From: Kondoa subrosea
Lineage: Eukaryota
DNA length: 64,000 nucleotides
Assembly (NCBI GenBank): GCA_039545335.1
Contig: BCIN01000001.1
Coordinates: forward strand, 2,229,129 to 2,293,128
Direction: 5' to 3'
The translations under genes and the position numbers were made by a program. Shown piece by piece: positions 11,111 to 24,909 of the stretch. The notes under the pieces were generated by a model that had not been told where the DNA came from, searched no databases, and saw only the letters and a list, made by a program, of their open reading frames with translations. Position 1 is the first letter of the stretch. Each line of letters opens with the position of its first letter.

Positions 11111-14100
11111 TCAAATACCTGTTGCAATAGCGCCAATATGGTTCATCAAGCCATTGAACAGCCGATCCGCTGCATCAATGGAGTCAATGGATATTTCAAG
11201 CAGACATAGGCTGACTTACCCGGTTCCGTATCTTGACGACTCATTTCGATCAGATTCAACAATCGTTTGATTCCAATGACAAATTTATTCTCTTCGGCAA
11301 GACCAGCTTGCTGGACGAGTTGCGAGAAGCGATTGAAGTCGTTTCGCGACGGGAAGAGCTTGACTTCTTCTACTACTCTCAGAAGGGATTGTAGTGAGCT
11401 TATTGCTTGAACATGGATTTCGGCTTGGAAAGAATCCATCAACTCCATATCACTCAGTACTCTACTATTTGACGTAGTAGCAAGAATGAGCAATCGCCGG
11501 CCCTATAAATTGTCTTCAGAAGGCACAGGTCGAATTAGTCTAGGCTGCTCACCTTCGGCGGTGGTTTGGTCAACAGCGTCATGAGTGCTTGCAACACTCT
11601 GTTCGAGAATCGAGGTCCGATAGGCGACCAGTCTGTCAAAGAATTGGAATAGGATTCAAAGAAACTGTGAGTCAGAAGCCACTGACCGACAATTCGCTCA
11701 ATGTTGTCCACTACAACTACACTCAGTCGAGATTTGTAGCTATCAGTGAAGACCTTGTTGAGCAGATGAATTTTCTGCCCCTCATCGAAGCCGACCATCG
11801 CTTCGGGCGATATGAGTTTGATGAAAGGAAAATCAGACGACATGGCTATTGTTGCAGCTAGAGCGGATTTTCCAGCGCCGGGCGGACCTATTAAGGAGTG
11901 AACTTGGCTCACAAAGAGCCGAAGAGCTTTACCATGCACGCAAACGCTGACACAAGGCGTTCGTTCTGAATTCCGGACCTGCTCGATATACAGTTTGCCA
12001 TCTTTCAGGATTTCCTGCCGGAGAAAGCATAAGTTCAGCTCTGCGTCGTATCGTTCGAACACACCTCTATTCGTCTATCAAAATGAATTATGCCATTTTG
12101 CACGACCTGCTCAAGCTCTTCTTCCGAAACACCAAAGGCTGGATGCACTTCGTCTAAGGCCATCATAAAATCTTGCCTTGTGACCTGTAAGTCGTCGATA
12201 TCGTCTGAAATGCCAGCTTGTGTTCCAACCTATCGTCTATTGTTGACCGAAGCATATGTGCGTTGAATGTAGAAATCACCTTCACATGCCTGTTGAAAGC
12301 AAACGAAGTCGCACTCTTGACAAGACCTCCGATTTCTGCTCCGCTGAAGTTCTTGGTAAGCGAAGCGAGTTCTGCAACATCAACGTCTGGTGCCATGATT
12401 CCGTTTGTATTCATCTTCGTCGTATGAATTTTCAAGATCTGCAACCGACCATGCTCATCTGGTAGTGAAATTTCGATATGGCATTCTAACCGGCCAGATC
12501 GCAGGAGAGCTTCGTCGATCATATCTTTTCGATTTGTCATACCAATGATGAGTATATTGTTGAGTTGGTCTACACCATCCATCTGACACCAACCGACTTC
12601 AACAATGCGGTACCGGCTTCAGACAGTTGGACTAACCTTCGAAAGCAATTGGTTGACGACTGAGTCACCGACGCCTGTTCCACTGTTTTGCGAGCCACGT
12701 TGCTTGCAGATTGCGTCGAGTTCATCGAAGATGATGATGTGAAGACCAGACTCATCCCCTTTGGCCTTGTACTGTGAAAGATACAGGTACAGCCGTCAGA
12801 TTCGTCTCTTCGTCTTACCTCGCAGGCTTGCGTACCTCTTTCTCTGCATCAGCAAAGAGCTTTCGAATGTTTTCTTCTGACTGGCCAACGAATTTATTGA
12901 GGATTTCGGGTCCATTGACAATCTTGGGTTCTCTTGCGTTCAACATTTTCCCAATTTGCCTAGCCATCAGGGTCTTACCTGTTCCTGGGGGCCCGTATAG
13001 CAGAATACCTGTCCGGAAAGTTCAATATTAGCGCGAAAGTCTGGGTCACTGTATTTAGACTGACCTTTGACGTGTTGGATCCCGAGCTTTTCTACCAATC
13101 CTGGAGGGAATATTCTACTGGCGAAAGCTCGGCGGAAAATGTTGCTGAATTCCGCATCCAATCCACCAATACCCATGTCCTCAAACTTGAAATTTGGCTG
13201 AATGATAGCATTGGCAGGGCCTCTGTCAAAGCATGACTGTGTATCAGTTCTGGCTTCGCGAGACTCTCTTGTCGACTGACTTCTTCGCACTAGCTTTCAG
13301 CTTGATAACACTTCCATCAGCTTTCGAGAACAGAATTTCTGTTTGTGGTCCAACGAGTACACCCATTCTTCCTTCTCTTGCAGGCACATTTGATTTCGCG
13401 CCCGGTTTTTCGAAAGACATGAGCTCAACCAGATCGATTTTTCTCACGTTAGCTAGTAAATTCTTCTTGTCGAAGCCGAAAATCAGAGGTTGACCGAGAG
13501 TGAACATACAACCATCAAACGTTTGCTTGAAAGCCTGCTCCATCTGTTCCACATCAAAGACCACCTCTGGTCGAGCTTTGGCTTCTAGAAGATAGCCAAT
13601 ATCGAGAGTAAGTTGACCAAGCAGATGATCTGGACCTATGCCTAGCCGCGGATCAAAGGGCAATACTTCTTCTTGGTCTGATTGAGCCATTGACATCCAT
13701 TTGCGCTGATGATTCGCTACTCCCATGCAACCAGGTTGAATACGTTGATCGTTACTGTAGGCCAAATGTATGTTAGTCATGGATTACCTCTGCTTTGGAA
13801 GACTTGCTGGACTGTATATATGTAATCTCGCTTGATCTGAATGTACGAACCATGCGGGAAATCCGCAGGGTTGAAGACAATACGCTGCAGCAGACATCAG
13901 AATAGATCAATTCGTCGTCAGAACCCAGCGCACGTTGGTCAAAGCAAGAGCATCGTCTGGACAGGGTACCACTTGAAACACGCCAGATCTCGCCTGTTGG
14001 TATTGAGGTGTAGAAGGTCTCAGCTTATCTGAAGCGGGTCCTATGTCGTACTTGACTGGTGCTGCTGCGCCATAACGTGAAGGATCTGAAGGAGGTGGTA

Positions 14101-14239
14101 CACGTTGATTTGAAGAAGGTCTGGAGGGCAAGCTGGAATATTGACCAGGAGCGGGCGGAAGGTTGCGCGACCCATGAGGAGCGCCAGAGGCAGCTTTTGA
14201 CGCATGCTGCTCCTCCGCGTTGCCTCGAAACCAGCTCAT
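11111..14239 (-). CDS. SEC18: Vesicle-fusing ATPase NSF/Sec18
   Basis: [75 protein letters not shown], second AAA domain [12 protein letters not shown]. Confidence 0.95.
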
Positions 14240-14315
14240 ATGTGATGGTGCAGGAGATAAAAGCAGGACATAAAATGCAGGGGGGATCGGGCTTGTTCTT
14301 AAACGTTGACCTATA

Positions 14316-15712
14316 ATGATTGCAAACACCCTCTCAACGGCTGTTGCCCGCAACCTTGGGCGAAGGTAGCCCTTGCCATCTTCTGGAATTTCGAATGCAC
14401 AGCTGAAATCACTTCATCACTTCAGGACTTTCTCTAGTTCTCCTGCTGCTTTGACCAAAGTTGCTGTTCTCGGTGCTGCTGGAGGAATCGGACAGGTCAG
14501 TCGTTAAAATCGGGCCACAATCAAATACCGATTGATCGCAAAATGACAGCCCTTGTCACTTCTACTCAAGCAGAACCCTCTGGTCTCTCACTTGACCCTT
14601 TACGATATCAAGGGATCTCCAGGTGTGGCGGCTGATGTCAGCCATGTCAACACCCCGTCCAAAGCAGAAGGTTTCACTCCGGATAATGACGGACTGGAAA
14701 AGACCTTAACTGGAGCTGAAATCGTTGTTATTCCCGCTGGTGTTCCTCGCAAGCCAGGAATGACCCGTGACGATCTCTTCAACGTAAGTTTGTGCGATGT
14801 ATAATTCAATCCAATCAATTTGTTGAACTCATTACCTATTGCTGTGCCCAGACCAATGCTTCAATCGTCAGAGATTTGGCAACTGCAGCAGCTAAATATT
14901 GCCCAAAGGCTCACATGCTCATCATCGCCAACCCAGTCAACTCCACGGTACCTATTGTGGCAGAATGCTTCAAGGCAGCTGGCGTCTTTGACGAAAAGCG
15001 ATTGTTCGGTGTCACCACCTTGGATGTCGTCCGTGCTTCTGCCTTCGTTTCTGGTTTGGCCGGTGTGGATCCCGCAACAGTCAAAGTTCAAGTAGCTGGG
15101 GGTCACTCAGGAGTTACGATTGTGCCTCTTCTCTCCCAAACTGAAGCTGGTGCCCCAATTGTCAAAGAGGGAGGTCAGAAATACGCTGATTTGGTTAAGA
15201 GGATTCAGTTTGGTGGTGATGAGGTCGTTCAGGCTAAAGATGGTGCTGGATCAGCTACACTTTCCATGGCTTATGGTGAGTTCCCTTCCAACCTTCCATA
15301 GACAGATCTAATTGATTTTCGGCTGCGACAGCCGGCGCCGTCTTCGCTGATTCTCTTCTCCGTGCTTTGCAAGGCGAAAAGGGCATTATTGTGAGTGCAG
15401 AGCTGGAATTAATCGATCATGCAGCCAATCTTACGCCTTTTTCTTGCGCGCAGGAACCATCATACGTTCGCTCCCCACTCTTCGAAGCTCAAGGTGTTAC
15501 CTACTTCGCCTCCAACATTGAATTGGGCAAAAACGGTGTTGAAAAGATTTTGCCATTAGGCAAGATTTCAGCGGAAGAAGAGAAGCTCCTCGATGCTTGC
15601 TTGCCCGATCTTGCAAAGAACATCAATGCAGGAACAGCATTCAGTACGTGTTCTGCTGCAACGCGCATGAGCTAGCTGATACTTCATTACCTGTGCAGTG
15701 GCAAAGAAGTGA
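14316..15712 (+). CDS. MDH1: Malate dehydrogenase, mitochondrial
   Basis: Presequence then [70 protein letters not shown]. Confidence 0.95.
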
Positions 15713-15736
15713 TCCCTTCAAATGTAGATGCTTTTG

Positions 15737-18020
15737 TCATGACCGTGCTCTAAATACAACTGGTACATGTTCTGGCGTGAGCGTGATCACAGTCTTACAT
15801 TTTGTCACTCTATCCCTCTTCTGCCTCGGCGTTTCGTTCTTCGGTGCTGTCCCATCTGTATCTTCCTTCAGCAAGACTTGATATTTACGGATGATACAAG
15901 TGATTATAGCGACTGCTTCGTACTGAGCAAATTTTTGTCCCAAGCAAGCTCGAGGACCAGCCGAGAATCCTAAGAACGCATCCCGAGGCCAACAATAGTC
16001 TTCGGTGTCTATGAAACGCTCTGGGCGGAAAGTGCTTGGATCAGGACCCCAATGTCGATCTAAAACAAAGGATCGATTGCGTTAAGAGCATCCTGGCATG
16101 CACTGAACGCACCGCTATAATGCAAAGCAACAGCGTTGAGAAATACCTCGCCACCACCTGGAATAGCAATGTGCTCTTTATGCAGCTCTTCGCCTATTCT
16201 GCGTTGCACCGGGATTGCGTCATCTGCCATGGCATATTTCGGAATGATAACAACACTAGGGTAGAGGCGAAGAGTCTCCATGAAGACTGCTAGAGAATAG
16301 GTCTAGAGAGACGTAGCATTGGTAAGCAAGAGTTCAAGCGGCTCAGATTGATGCTCACAAGTTTCGGCCAATCTTCAAAAGTCTGCGCGAAGTCAGCTCA
16401 GTCCGGAAGAGACAGGCATGCAATCACTGACTGGTTCTGATCCTTCAGGTATTACTGAATTGATGTGGTCTAACAATTTCTGCTGAACCTCAGGATACAA
16501 TGAAAGCAAGACGAAAGTGAAGGCCAGAGTGTGTGCAGTGGTATCTGTCGAACAAATTTGAGACGATTGAGATGACCTGGAGGAAATGTACCGTGTCCCG
16601 CCAGCAGGAATACGTAAATGTTTCCCATCACTAGACGAAGATTAAAGCATACTCAGCTAAGAAGGAGGTAACAGCGAACCTTCCTCGTCTGTCAAAGTTC
16701 CTTTCCTTTTCATCAATTCCTGTTCATACTCCCCGTCTTCTTCGGCACTCTGACTGTTTGCATGAACAAGCGACCCAAGCAAGTCTCTTCTGCCTGTTTC
16801 ACTCTCTCTTGCATCTGCTCCGCTCGTTCTTCGCTCAGCTATCATTTCACGAAGGTATTGCTCGAGCTCCTTGAAGGACTGGCCAATTGAGCGTAGTCTC
16901 CTGCTTGGCAACTTGAACGCGATCTAGAACGCAGGAAATGAGTGCGCAGCATATTAGAGAGAGAGAAAGAGGACAAACTTCAGGCAGCGCTATCTTCCAG
17001 AAGACTTTCTTCAACACTGTATGAAGTGCACTGCGGAAGGTCATCCTATGGCCTTCTGGTAGAGCGGCTTCATCATCATCGTTCCAGGGCGGCCTTTGAC
17101 TGAAAGCGGCAGCTGAGATAGTCTGTATAGCTGCCTGATAGGTATTCAAGCATTTCAAGCAGCAACAGGCCTTACGAACAGAGCAATCTGTTGAACAAAT
17201 TAAGGAAATTCGCTCGAAGCAGAAAGGTCAAGACCGACCTTGAGGGTTAAGTCAACACAACTCGGAACGGCGATTTCCCATTGATCAGCATCGTTCTTTG
17301 TCATAAGCTCGTCCCATTCTTCGAAACAGTGCTCTAACGTCTTTATAGTCTCATTCCATGCTCGCTCGTTCGTAGTCTGCCAGATTCCTTCATGTTCGCA
17401 TTGCACAGGAATTTGCGAGCCCTTACCTCTGCGAAAGTTGGGCCAGCAACTATTCTCCTATGTCTGGTCCAATCTGCCCCCTCTGTGATGCCAACATTCA
17501 TGCCAAACATGCCTAAAGCTTTATAGATCGAGAGTGGTTTCATGAACTTCCAACGCTCCTTGGTGATATATTTTATAGCATCTACATCCGATACGAGAAG
17601 CGTTCTTGCTGGCGGGAAGAAAGATACCGTCGACAGTACGTCAACTCCGTTGCCTTGCTTGTAGACTGCGAGATTTCAGTAACTGTGTTCCCATATCAAA
17701 TTCACCTACTGTCTGACTTGTACCGCCAAGTATACTGCTCTCCAATATTGATGCCTGGTATTCTAGGTAGTATCATAGAGAACAGATGATGCGGATGAAA
17801 GACCAGTCGAAAACCAGGTATATGTCTGCCTCTTCAGGCTCGATAGCAATTCGTATGTACACGGTAAAAGAGCGCACGATACCATTTCACAATGACTGCG
17901 ATAGTAACCCAGTAGCCAGAACAAGAAATAGAGGCATCCGCATAGAAGCAAAACAGCGGAACTCTTGAGAGCAATCGAGGGAAGTGATTGCCAGGGTATA
18001 ATTGTAATGACAGAATTCAT
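15737..18020 (-). CDS. Cytochrome P450
   Basis: N-terminal membrane anchor, AGHDT I-helix, ETLRLYP (ExxR), FRPERF, FLGFSAGPRACLG heme motif. Confidence 0.92.
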
Positions 18021-18099
18021 GACGACAGGAGAGAGGGAGCCAAGCTTAGCAAAGACCGAAGTGAAAATAGCAAACAAAAAAAGTCTTTTGTTCTTGTTC

Positions 18100-20340
18100 A
18101 ATGACGGATCCAGCTGCAGCACAACGACTTGGGATACGAAATGCGAAGAGTTCAAGGTGCCAGAGCTGAAGAAACTCTGTAAAGAGAGGAAGCTCGCTGT
18201 GTGAGAGAACAAACAACAAGTTGTTTTGCAATGAAGCTGATGAATTGGCTACAACAGAGCCGGAAGCAAGGTAGAACTGATTGCACGTCTGCACGGTGTA
18301 CCTTGTCACAAGGCAGGAGCAGTCAAAGAGAAGAAGGAAAGGAAACGCAAAGAGCCTGCGTATCTCTACCACGCTTCTTGTTTGACCCTTTGTCGATTGC
18401 TTAGGAGATACAGCTGACACTTCGTCAAAGCCGACAAAGAAGGCGAAGAAACAAGCCAAAGCCAGTCAAAGTACATCAAAGGTTGGCAGACTTGATGAAG
18501 TCACCGAGACCGCCGCTATTCCTCTTCCCCTCTGGCCAGCTCGAGCGTCTATTGCTGTACCCTCACATCCATCGAATGCTGCAGTGACTGTTTGGGCTGA
18601 TTTGCCCAATGCTGTTGTTCCCCTGCTAGCAAACACCCAGGTCAAGGCAAGCAATTCTACTGTGCAATCTCGAAGACCTGAGCTTTCCAGTAAACCTTCA
18701 GAATCAGACAAAGCAGCAATACTTGTAGGTCCTGTTGCTGTATGAACCACCTTCCGAAATCCTCTTGCCATCAAGCGATTGGATCACCCAGCGGCTGGTA
18801 CATTGAATTTTGAAAGTCAGTCACGATCATCAAACACTACTTCGGCTTCATCAAATCCGGTTACAGCTGTCCGACAATGTTCGCCAGTCAAATCTACTTT
18901 GGTGGCCAAATCCACTCCCATCTCGCATGCGAATATCTCGAAAGCTGCTCGACCTGCTTTCAAGGCGCTCAAGAAGATCCATGAGCCTCCAATCTTAATC
19001 CCGATCAACACAGCGTCGAGCCTTGAATTACAAATGAACTGGATCCCAGCTTTCATCTCAGCCTGTTACAAAGTCTTGGATCTGCCAGTTGACCTGGGTC
19101 ACAGACGTTCCGATGGAATCGAGGCATTGATCACTTCGCGCTGTCTGTTTTCCGCTTGATACGCTTGCTCGGGTCGCACAATGCGGCTTGCATCCTGGCC
19201 ACGCCAGAGGGGAAACTGAATTTCTGCTCATCTGTGTTTTATCGGTTCAGCGGCAAAAGTATGGCATTGCACTTGTTGTCTCGCTGACTCAACGAGTGAA
19301 CATGTTTTGGAAACAAACGGAGAAGTGATTGGCAGATCCTTGGCTTCAATTCAGCTTGTTGATTTATGGCCCTGTCACGGAGCGACTCAGCTCAGCATCA
19401 GACAATAGTCCGACAGCCTACTTACTCTCAAGCAAGAGGCATCTCGGTGCCGACTCCGATCGGACAAAACACTTAATCAATTCGAAATCAGAACTTCTGG
19501 TCGGTCTGCTCTGTCGGTGCGGGTGGAGCAAGGAGAGTAAAGAGTGGTCAGGAACATCGTACGAGTGGAGGAAGCAGAGTATAAAGGGAATAGATTTCTT
19601 CATAATATTCTTTTCCCAGTCTTGTAATCTGCTAGATTCTTAGGATAAGAACATTAGTACTTTACTACTACATCATTGCTGATCCTCTCAGACGACCTTG
19701 ATTACTCTGCTGAGATCACTCTGGCACCTATCTTCATCTTCTTCATCTTTGGTCAACTTGTCTCTAGCTCTGTTTCAAGTCTACTCCTGACCATCGGTGG
19801 TATTACTTGCTTCTGTCTCATCAGAAGGCATATCCTCCGAATACTCGACCACGTATTGCATCTCGCATTACCGCGCCGTGACAGGCCCGCTAATGGCGTG
19901 CAGAAGTCAAAAGAGGAGACGAAGCTCGTATTGTCCCCAGATTGGAAAGCACAGTTGCAGTCGCAAGGTGGTCAAGCAGACGAAATTTTGGATCATGTTC
20001 GTACAGTCAATGAGGAAGACTATCCTCGTGGTCTATCCAAACTCTTCAATTTGTGCTGCAGCAGTAAGGTTGTTTTGATGAGCATTGCTGGACGTGAATA
20101 CTTTAAATGTTGGCGATCAGTCATATTCTCCTTTGCAAGACCAATCGGAACTCACACATCGAGGCCATTTTCAAGCGTGCAGGTCTCTGCAAGCGAAGCC
20201 ACATCAACGGAAAGGACATAAATCTTTGACCACATCCCGTCTTGATTCGCCCATTGCACATAGTCTGCGAAAATCAAGTAAAGTTAAGGCAGCGATTGGA
20301 TTTTTAGTATACACTAGCGCAACCATAAACGAGATTGACG
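18100..20340 (+). CDS. Hypothetical protein with N-terminal SAP-like motif; ends uncertain
   Basis: FKVPELKKLCKERKL SAP-like helix followed by a low-complexity region and several intron-separated exons. Confidence 0.45.
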
Positions 20341-20394
20341 TCAAGAATGCTCAAGTGTTGAGGCGTAGGAAAGAAGATGAAGAGAAGAAGTTTG

Positions 20395-20846
20395 ATTCCT
20401 ACGCGTCATCTACATGTCGCGTGATCTCAACACGTGATAGAGCTGTGCCGTTAACCACAAGGCTAAATCGTGATCCCTCGCAAAAAGGAATACAATTTTG
20501 ACTGATGAGGTTAAAACGTTTAAGGGACTAATTGTGTCGAAGAATGATGGTTTGTAGGCCCATCAACACGTCGCGTTACTTCGACGCGTTACGTCTCTTC
20601 CTGCGCGACTTCGCTTCGCGTTACGTCATCCTACGCGTCACGTACTTTACTTCGTCAAGCGTGACGCGATTAGTCCAGGACTGATTTCGATATGAACGGT
20701 CAGGACTCATTTCAATATTAACGGTTTCAATCTGGTCTGGTAGCTGTACATATAACTCGAGTTTTCTCTTTCTTCCTGCTTTTCTTCTCATCCTATACTT
20801 GTATTCCAACAAGTCTGAGAAGTCCAGCAGCTCTATTTATCTTATC
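20395..20846 (+). repeat. Family B LTR-like repeat (interrupted by a family A element)
   Basis: Closely similar to 31345-31671; ends ...ctctatttatcttatca. Confidence 0.75.
20435..20565 (+). mobile_element. Family A short solo-LTR-like element (131 bp) with 5-bp TSD
   Basis: TGATAG...CCATCA termini flanked by a perfect ACACG duplication (20430-20434 / 20566-20570). Confidence 0.85.
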
Positions 20847-22278
20847 AAGCATAGCCCACAGTCATGATTAAGCACTGAATACGGAAATATGAGACTAGTA
20901 CCATCTTTGACGGACAGCATCATGATGATATATTTCAGCCTCGGAACAAAAAGGTTATCGACAACAATAAGCTTACTGGAAAGAAAGATTTGCCTAAGAT
21001 GCCATGAAATCGAGATGGGGGCGGAACTGCTGTTTTCAAATGACTGGACAGGCGTTGACGGCAACTGTTTCTGAAGTACTAATCTAAGCAAACTGATTGA
21101 GGGCCCTTCCAAAAAATACTTGATATTATTTAGCAATTGAGTATACTGTGTTGAATTTCGAGAGCGTCTGTAAAGATTAGAATGGATCGAGTCAGAATAT
21201 TTCCAAGCTTCAATTGATGTCAGTGCATTTTTGAAAGACGTTCTTCATGACAGGTCTCTAATTCCACAGTGAGACAGAAATTGGGCTTCAAAAAGTTGAA
21301 CACTATACAAAGACAGTCGAATGTGTTCCGCCAGCAATATTCGTGAGCAGCCTTGCGCTATACTCCTCATGCAAAAGGCAGGAAATGGCTCAAGGAACAG
21401 TTGCGACTAGTGTATGATTTGAAACGACAAGACTGAGCAACCACGACGAAGACATAGGTCTGGGGGTAGATCAGAATCCTGTGACTCAGCGGAGGCATAT
21501 ACCAAGTCCGAGGGAAGTATTGTAGTGGGACTTAGCTTTGGGAGAGAAAGTATAGGCAATCGCAGTCTGCGCATAGGTCATCGCTATTAATCACCAACTT
21601 TTGCGTTGGGGCCCCTTCTATGCAGCTACATCCACCCTCAGTCCATATGGTTCGATTCGAGGGTGAAGGGGATTTGCTTTTTTTAGTCTCACGACTCAGA
21701 TGGCCACGATTATTTGCATGATGACATCTTGAGGAGATGAGAACGGACAAACTTACTGTGAGCCTTGTCAATCTTTTGCTCTGTGGCCACAAGCGTTCTC
21801 GCACGCTGTCTATCTCTAAAATTGCATCCTTATATTATATGACTTGGCAAATCCTGGAGACAGTTATCTCAAAGTCAGAAGAGTGAGCTATACTATCATC
21901 AAGCACAAGCGAAATACAATTGTGTTCTTCAAAAGTTGCGATCTTCAGATAGTAATAAATGTGACCCATCGTGTCTAATGCCCTTTACTTTGCCTTGTGT
22001 TTCGTGATAATATGTCCGATTCCTTCTCGTCAAGTACGTGCTGCTGCTCCGAAAGATCTCAACGGCGATTGCCTTGCGAACAGAAAATCAATAAAATTGT
22101 TTTTGCCGAATCTCCTTTCATCAGCGAAAAGACAAACCGCTCTTCTTATCATTTTTCTTCGTAAATTTTTTTGGCTTCGATGCTTTGAACAACAGTGGCT
22201 TCCGATCATCAAAGTTCAGAACAACTGTGATAGGGCTGCGCCGTCATCCACAGGCACCTTTTCGTGTCAGTGACTTGC

Positions 22279-22410
22279 TGATGGATTCATCAAGCCATCA
22301 TTGTTCGAGAGTCCGTCAAACATTTCAACCTCATCAGCAGTTAAAATCCAATCATGTTCCTTTTGCGAGTAATCGCGATTGGCCTAAAGGCTGACGGCAC
22401 AGTCCTATCA
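22279..22410 (-). mobile_element. Family A element inserted in reverse inside another family A copy
   Basis: Reverse strand reads TGATAGG...CCATCA; flanks CTTGC / CTTGT (5-bp TSD, one transition). Confidence 0.8.
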
Positions 22411-22497
22411 CTTGTGCCAAGAAAAAAAAAAGAATACAACTTCAAGTGATAGGGTTGAAATGATGAACGGACCACTGTAGCGAGAATGATGTTCTTG

Positions 22498-22808
22498 TGT
22501 TGAAAGGCAATCCTCGTCAGAACTCTCCCAAGCTTCCTCTCTTCATCTTTCTCCTAGGCGTCATCGACACATCGCGTCAGCTCATCGCATCACTTCTTCT
22601 CCTACATGACTTCGCGTCACGTCATCTTTCATGCCATGTACCTTACTTCATCAACGGCGACGCAATTGGTCGTGACCCAACACGCCGCGTTAGGACTCTG
22701 TGAAGTCTAGCGGCTCTATTTATTTATTTTATCAAAATTAGGCTAAACCGATAGACCAAAGAGTGCTTTGAAGCACTCTTGATCATCCTGAAATAGCATA
22801 TTTCAACA
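22498..22808 (+). mobile_element. Copia-type LTR relic (family B body plus inverted family C)
   Basis: Begins TGTTGAAA and ends TTTCAACA; body similar to 31293-31671; last ~75 bp is the reverse complement of the 31844 and 32295 repeats. Confidence 0.65.
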
Positions 22809-24328
22809 TTTTATTGTGTAAGCTTGATCAAGTTGAATGAAGTAGACATGTATAAGGCAGTGGAGAGAGAGTCAATAGGACACTGACATCTCGTCATGGA
22901 CTGTGCCGTTAATTATAGACACCTTTCGTGATCCCTCAATGACTTGTTGCACAACTGGTACACTTCAGTCTGGCTGGTTGTTGTTCTAGCGCGCTTTTAT
23001 TTTTTTTTTTGGTTTCTTTTTTTGGGAGGCTGGCGCCATTGATCAGTTATTATTTCATATTTATGGATGGATGGCAATCTCGACTTGTCGAAATTGTTTT
23101 CTTCAAGTAGTTTCTATAGCCACTGCTGAAGAGGAAACTGGTCAATCAATCATTGCTGACATAATAGACCGATACTTGAAATCAAGAACAGAAATCTTGC
23201 CTATCTTTTGCGACGCAGACGGCGTCGAACAAACTTTTTCCTGTCCATAGCATCAGCACTCATGAACATTTTGGTGTCGCCAAACGAACGCATGAAGTAG
23301 ATCTTGCGAGCACAGGGAGACTTATGCTGTACAAATGTGTTCGTTCTTTCCTTTGTGTTTCTTTTGGCAAGAAGAAGCTTTCTCGCATGCTGTCTGTCTT
23401 TAGTTCGCTATTACATGTTTGTAGTCAATTCAACAGCATAATATATTATAGTGATGACAAGGGCAAGCGATTAAAGGTTGAATGCTCGCGCTAATGGAGA
23501 GAGATTATGATCTCCGATATGCCAAAAAAGGACCGAATGGAAGAAGTGAACCTGTCAGTGCTGTTTCCATAGTCAGGATTATCAAAAAACTCAAAGACAG
23601 ACGACACGCTGGTTTCGAAGCCTTGGATCAATGTGAAGTCAACACTGTAAGCTTTCCGAATGGCCGCTCTTGAAGATAAGGTCTACATAGAAGTTCTTGA
23701 AGGCAGAAAGTATGCACGCGATCCAGACATAATCGCTGTCCTTCATACATTACTCACTCACCCTATGATCGCAAACAATGTCCTCGTGAGATGGCATGCA
23801 CGATATATGAATACTTACTTTAAAATCAACATGCTGACGTCAATATTTGTCTGTAGGATGAATGAAAGGCAACGACTTCGTCTGAAGTGAGATCAATGTC
23901 GTTATTCGATCATTATCTCAGATAGTGAACCAGTCAAGGATGACATCTTAAATAAGGTGTGCGGCTCGTATAATTCTGAGATTTCAAATGAGGCTGCCAT
24001 TTCTGGTTGAGCAGCAATGGCAGAGACCATCTGAACAAGTTCTCGCTCATTCTCAAAAGACAAATACCCAAGAGCTAGGCACTTGAAGCATAGAACTGCT
24101 GAAGGGTCGGCAAGATTACATAATCAACTTCTCAAGTCGACCTCGACCAAGCTCGTTCGTCACCAATACTCAACATCGACCACAGCGCCAAGCGCAAGAT
24201 ACATCCCTATGCTATCTATACGCTATGTCAAAACGCTGAACAACACAAATCTAAAACGACAGTTTCTCAAGTTCTTATTTTACTTCTCGACCGGATTACT
24301 CACCAAGCCGCAACTCCAGTGTAAAAGA

Positions 24329-24470
24329 TGATAGGGCTGTGCCGTTAACCACAGGCACCTTTCGTGATCCCTCAATAACTTGCGCCAAAAAGGAATACGA
24401 TTTTAACTGATAAGGTTAAAATGTTCAACGGACCAGTGTGTACAAAGAATGATGGGTTGTAAGCTCATCA
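24329..24470 (+). mobile_element. Family A short LTR-like element
   Basis: TGATAGGGCTGTGCCGTTAACC...CTCATCA; highly similar to 26464-26606; no clean TSD. Confidence 0.8.
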
Positions 24471-24909
24471 CAAGGTTAGAAAGAGGGTATATCGTGAAGC
24501 GTTCTTGGCCGATCAGGGTATATGAGGAGGCGAAAATTGTAGTTTAGAAGAACAATTGAATTCCAGATTCTATAGTCACACGATTAGAGGACTAGTGCTT
24601 GTGCCTTCAGATAGTAGAGTCTGGTAACAAAAGTGTAAGAAGGGTTATAGAGAACCTAAGAACGAAAGTAAGATAGCAGAGTAACGAGACTTGCTAATCA
24701 ACAGACGCGCGACGCGTGAGGACTGATTAGTGATTAAAGAAGATAAGAGATAAGGAAGCTATCTTGACAAGCGAACAAGACAAGACAAGAGAAGACGAGA
24801 CAGCCATATTAGCTAAGCAGACAAAGGTTCACACATAAGACCGATATTCCAAAAGAGGCTATATTACGGAACGAAGTCGTACCGTGGTGAAACATTCTGG
24901 ATTGCAACC

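Larger units (their letters stand above)
22228..22830 (+). mobile_element. Family A copy carrying nested insertions
   Basis: Starts tgatagggctgcgccgt. Family A sequence resumes after inserts at 22279-22410 and 22498-22808 and ends near taagcttgatca. Confidence 0.65.

Noticed and set aside
18018..18021. P450 and SAP-gene start codons sharing one CATG palindrome
   Set aside because: The plus-strand start is not established; several alternatives exist.
22228..22410. Apparent 183-bp MITE with 19-bp terminal inverted repeats
   Set aside because: The inverted ends are the 5' termini of two family A copies, one nested in reverse inside the other.
23050..24300. Broken reading frames with intron-like segments
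   Set aside because: Possibly a pseudogene or transposase relic, but no motif could be assigned.
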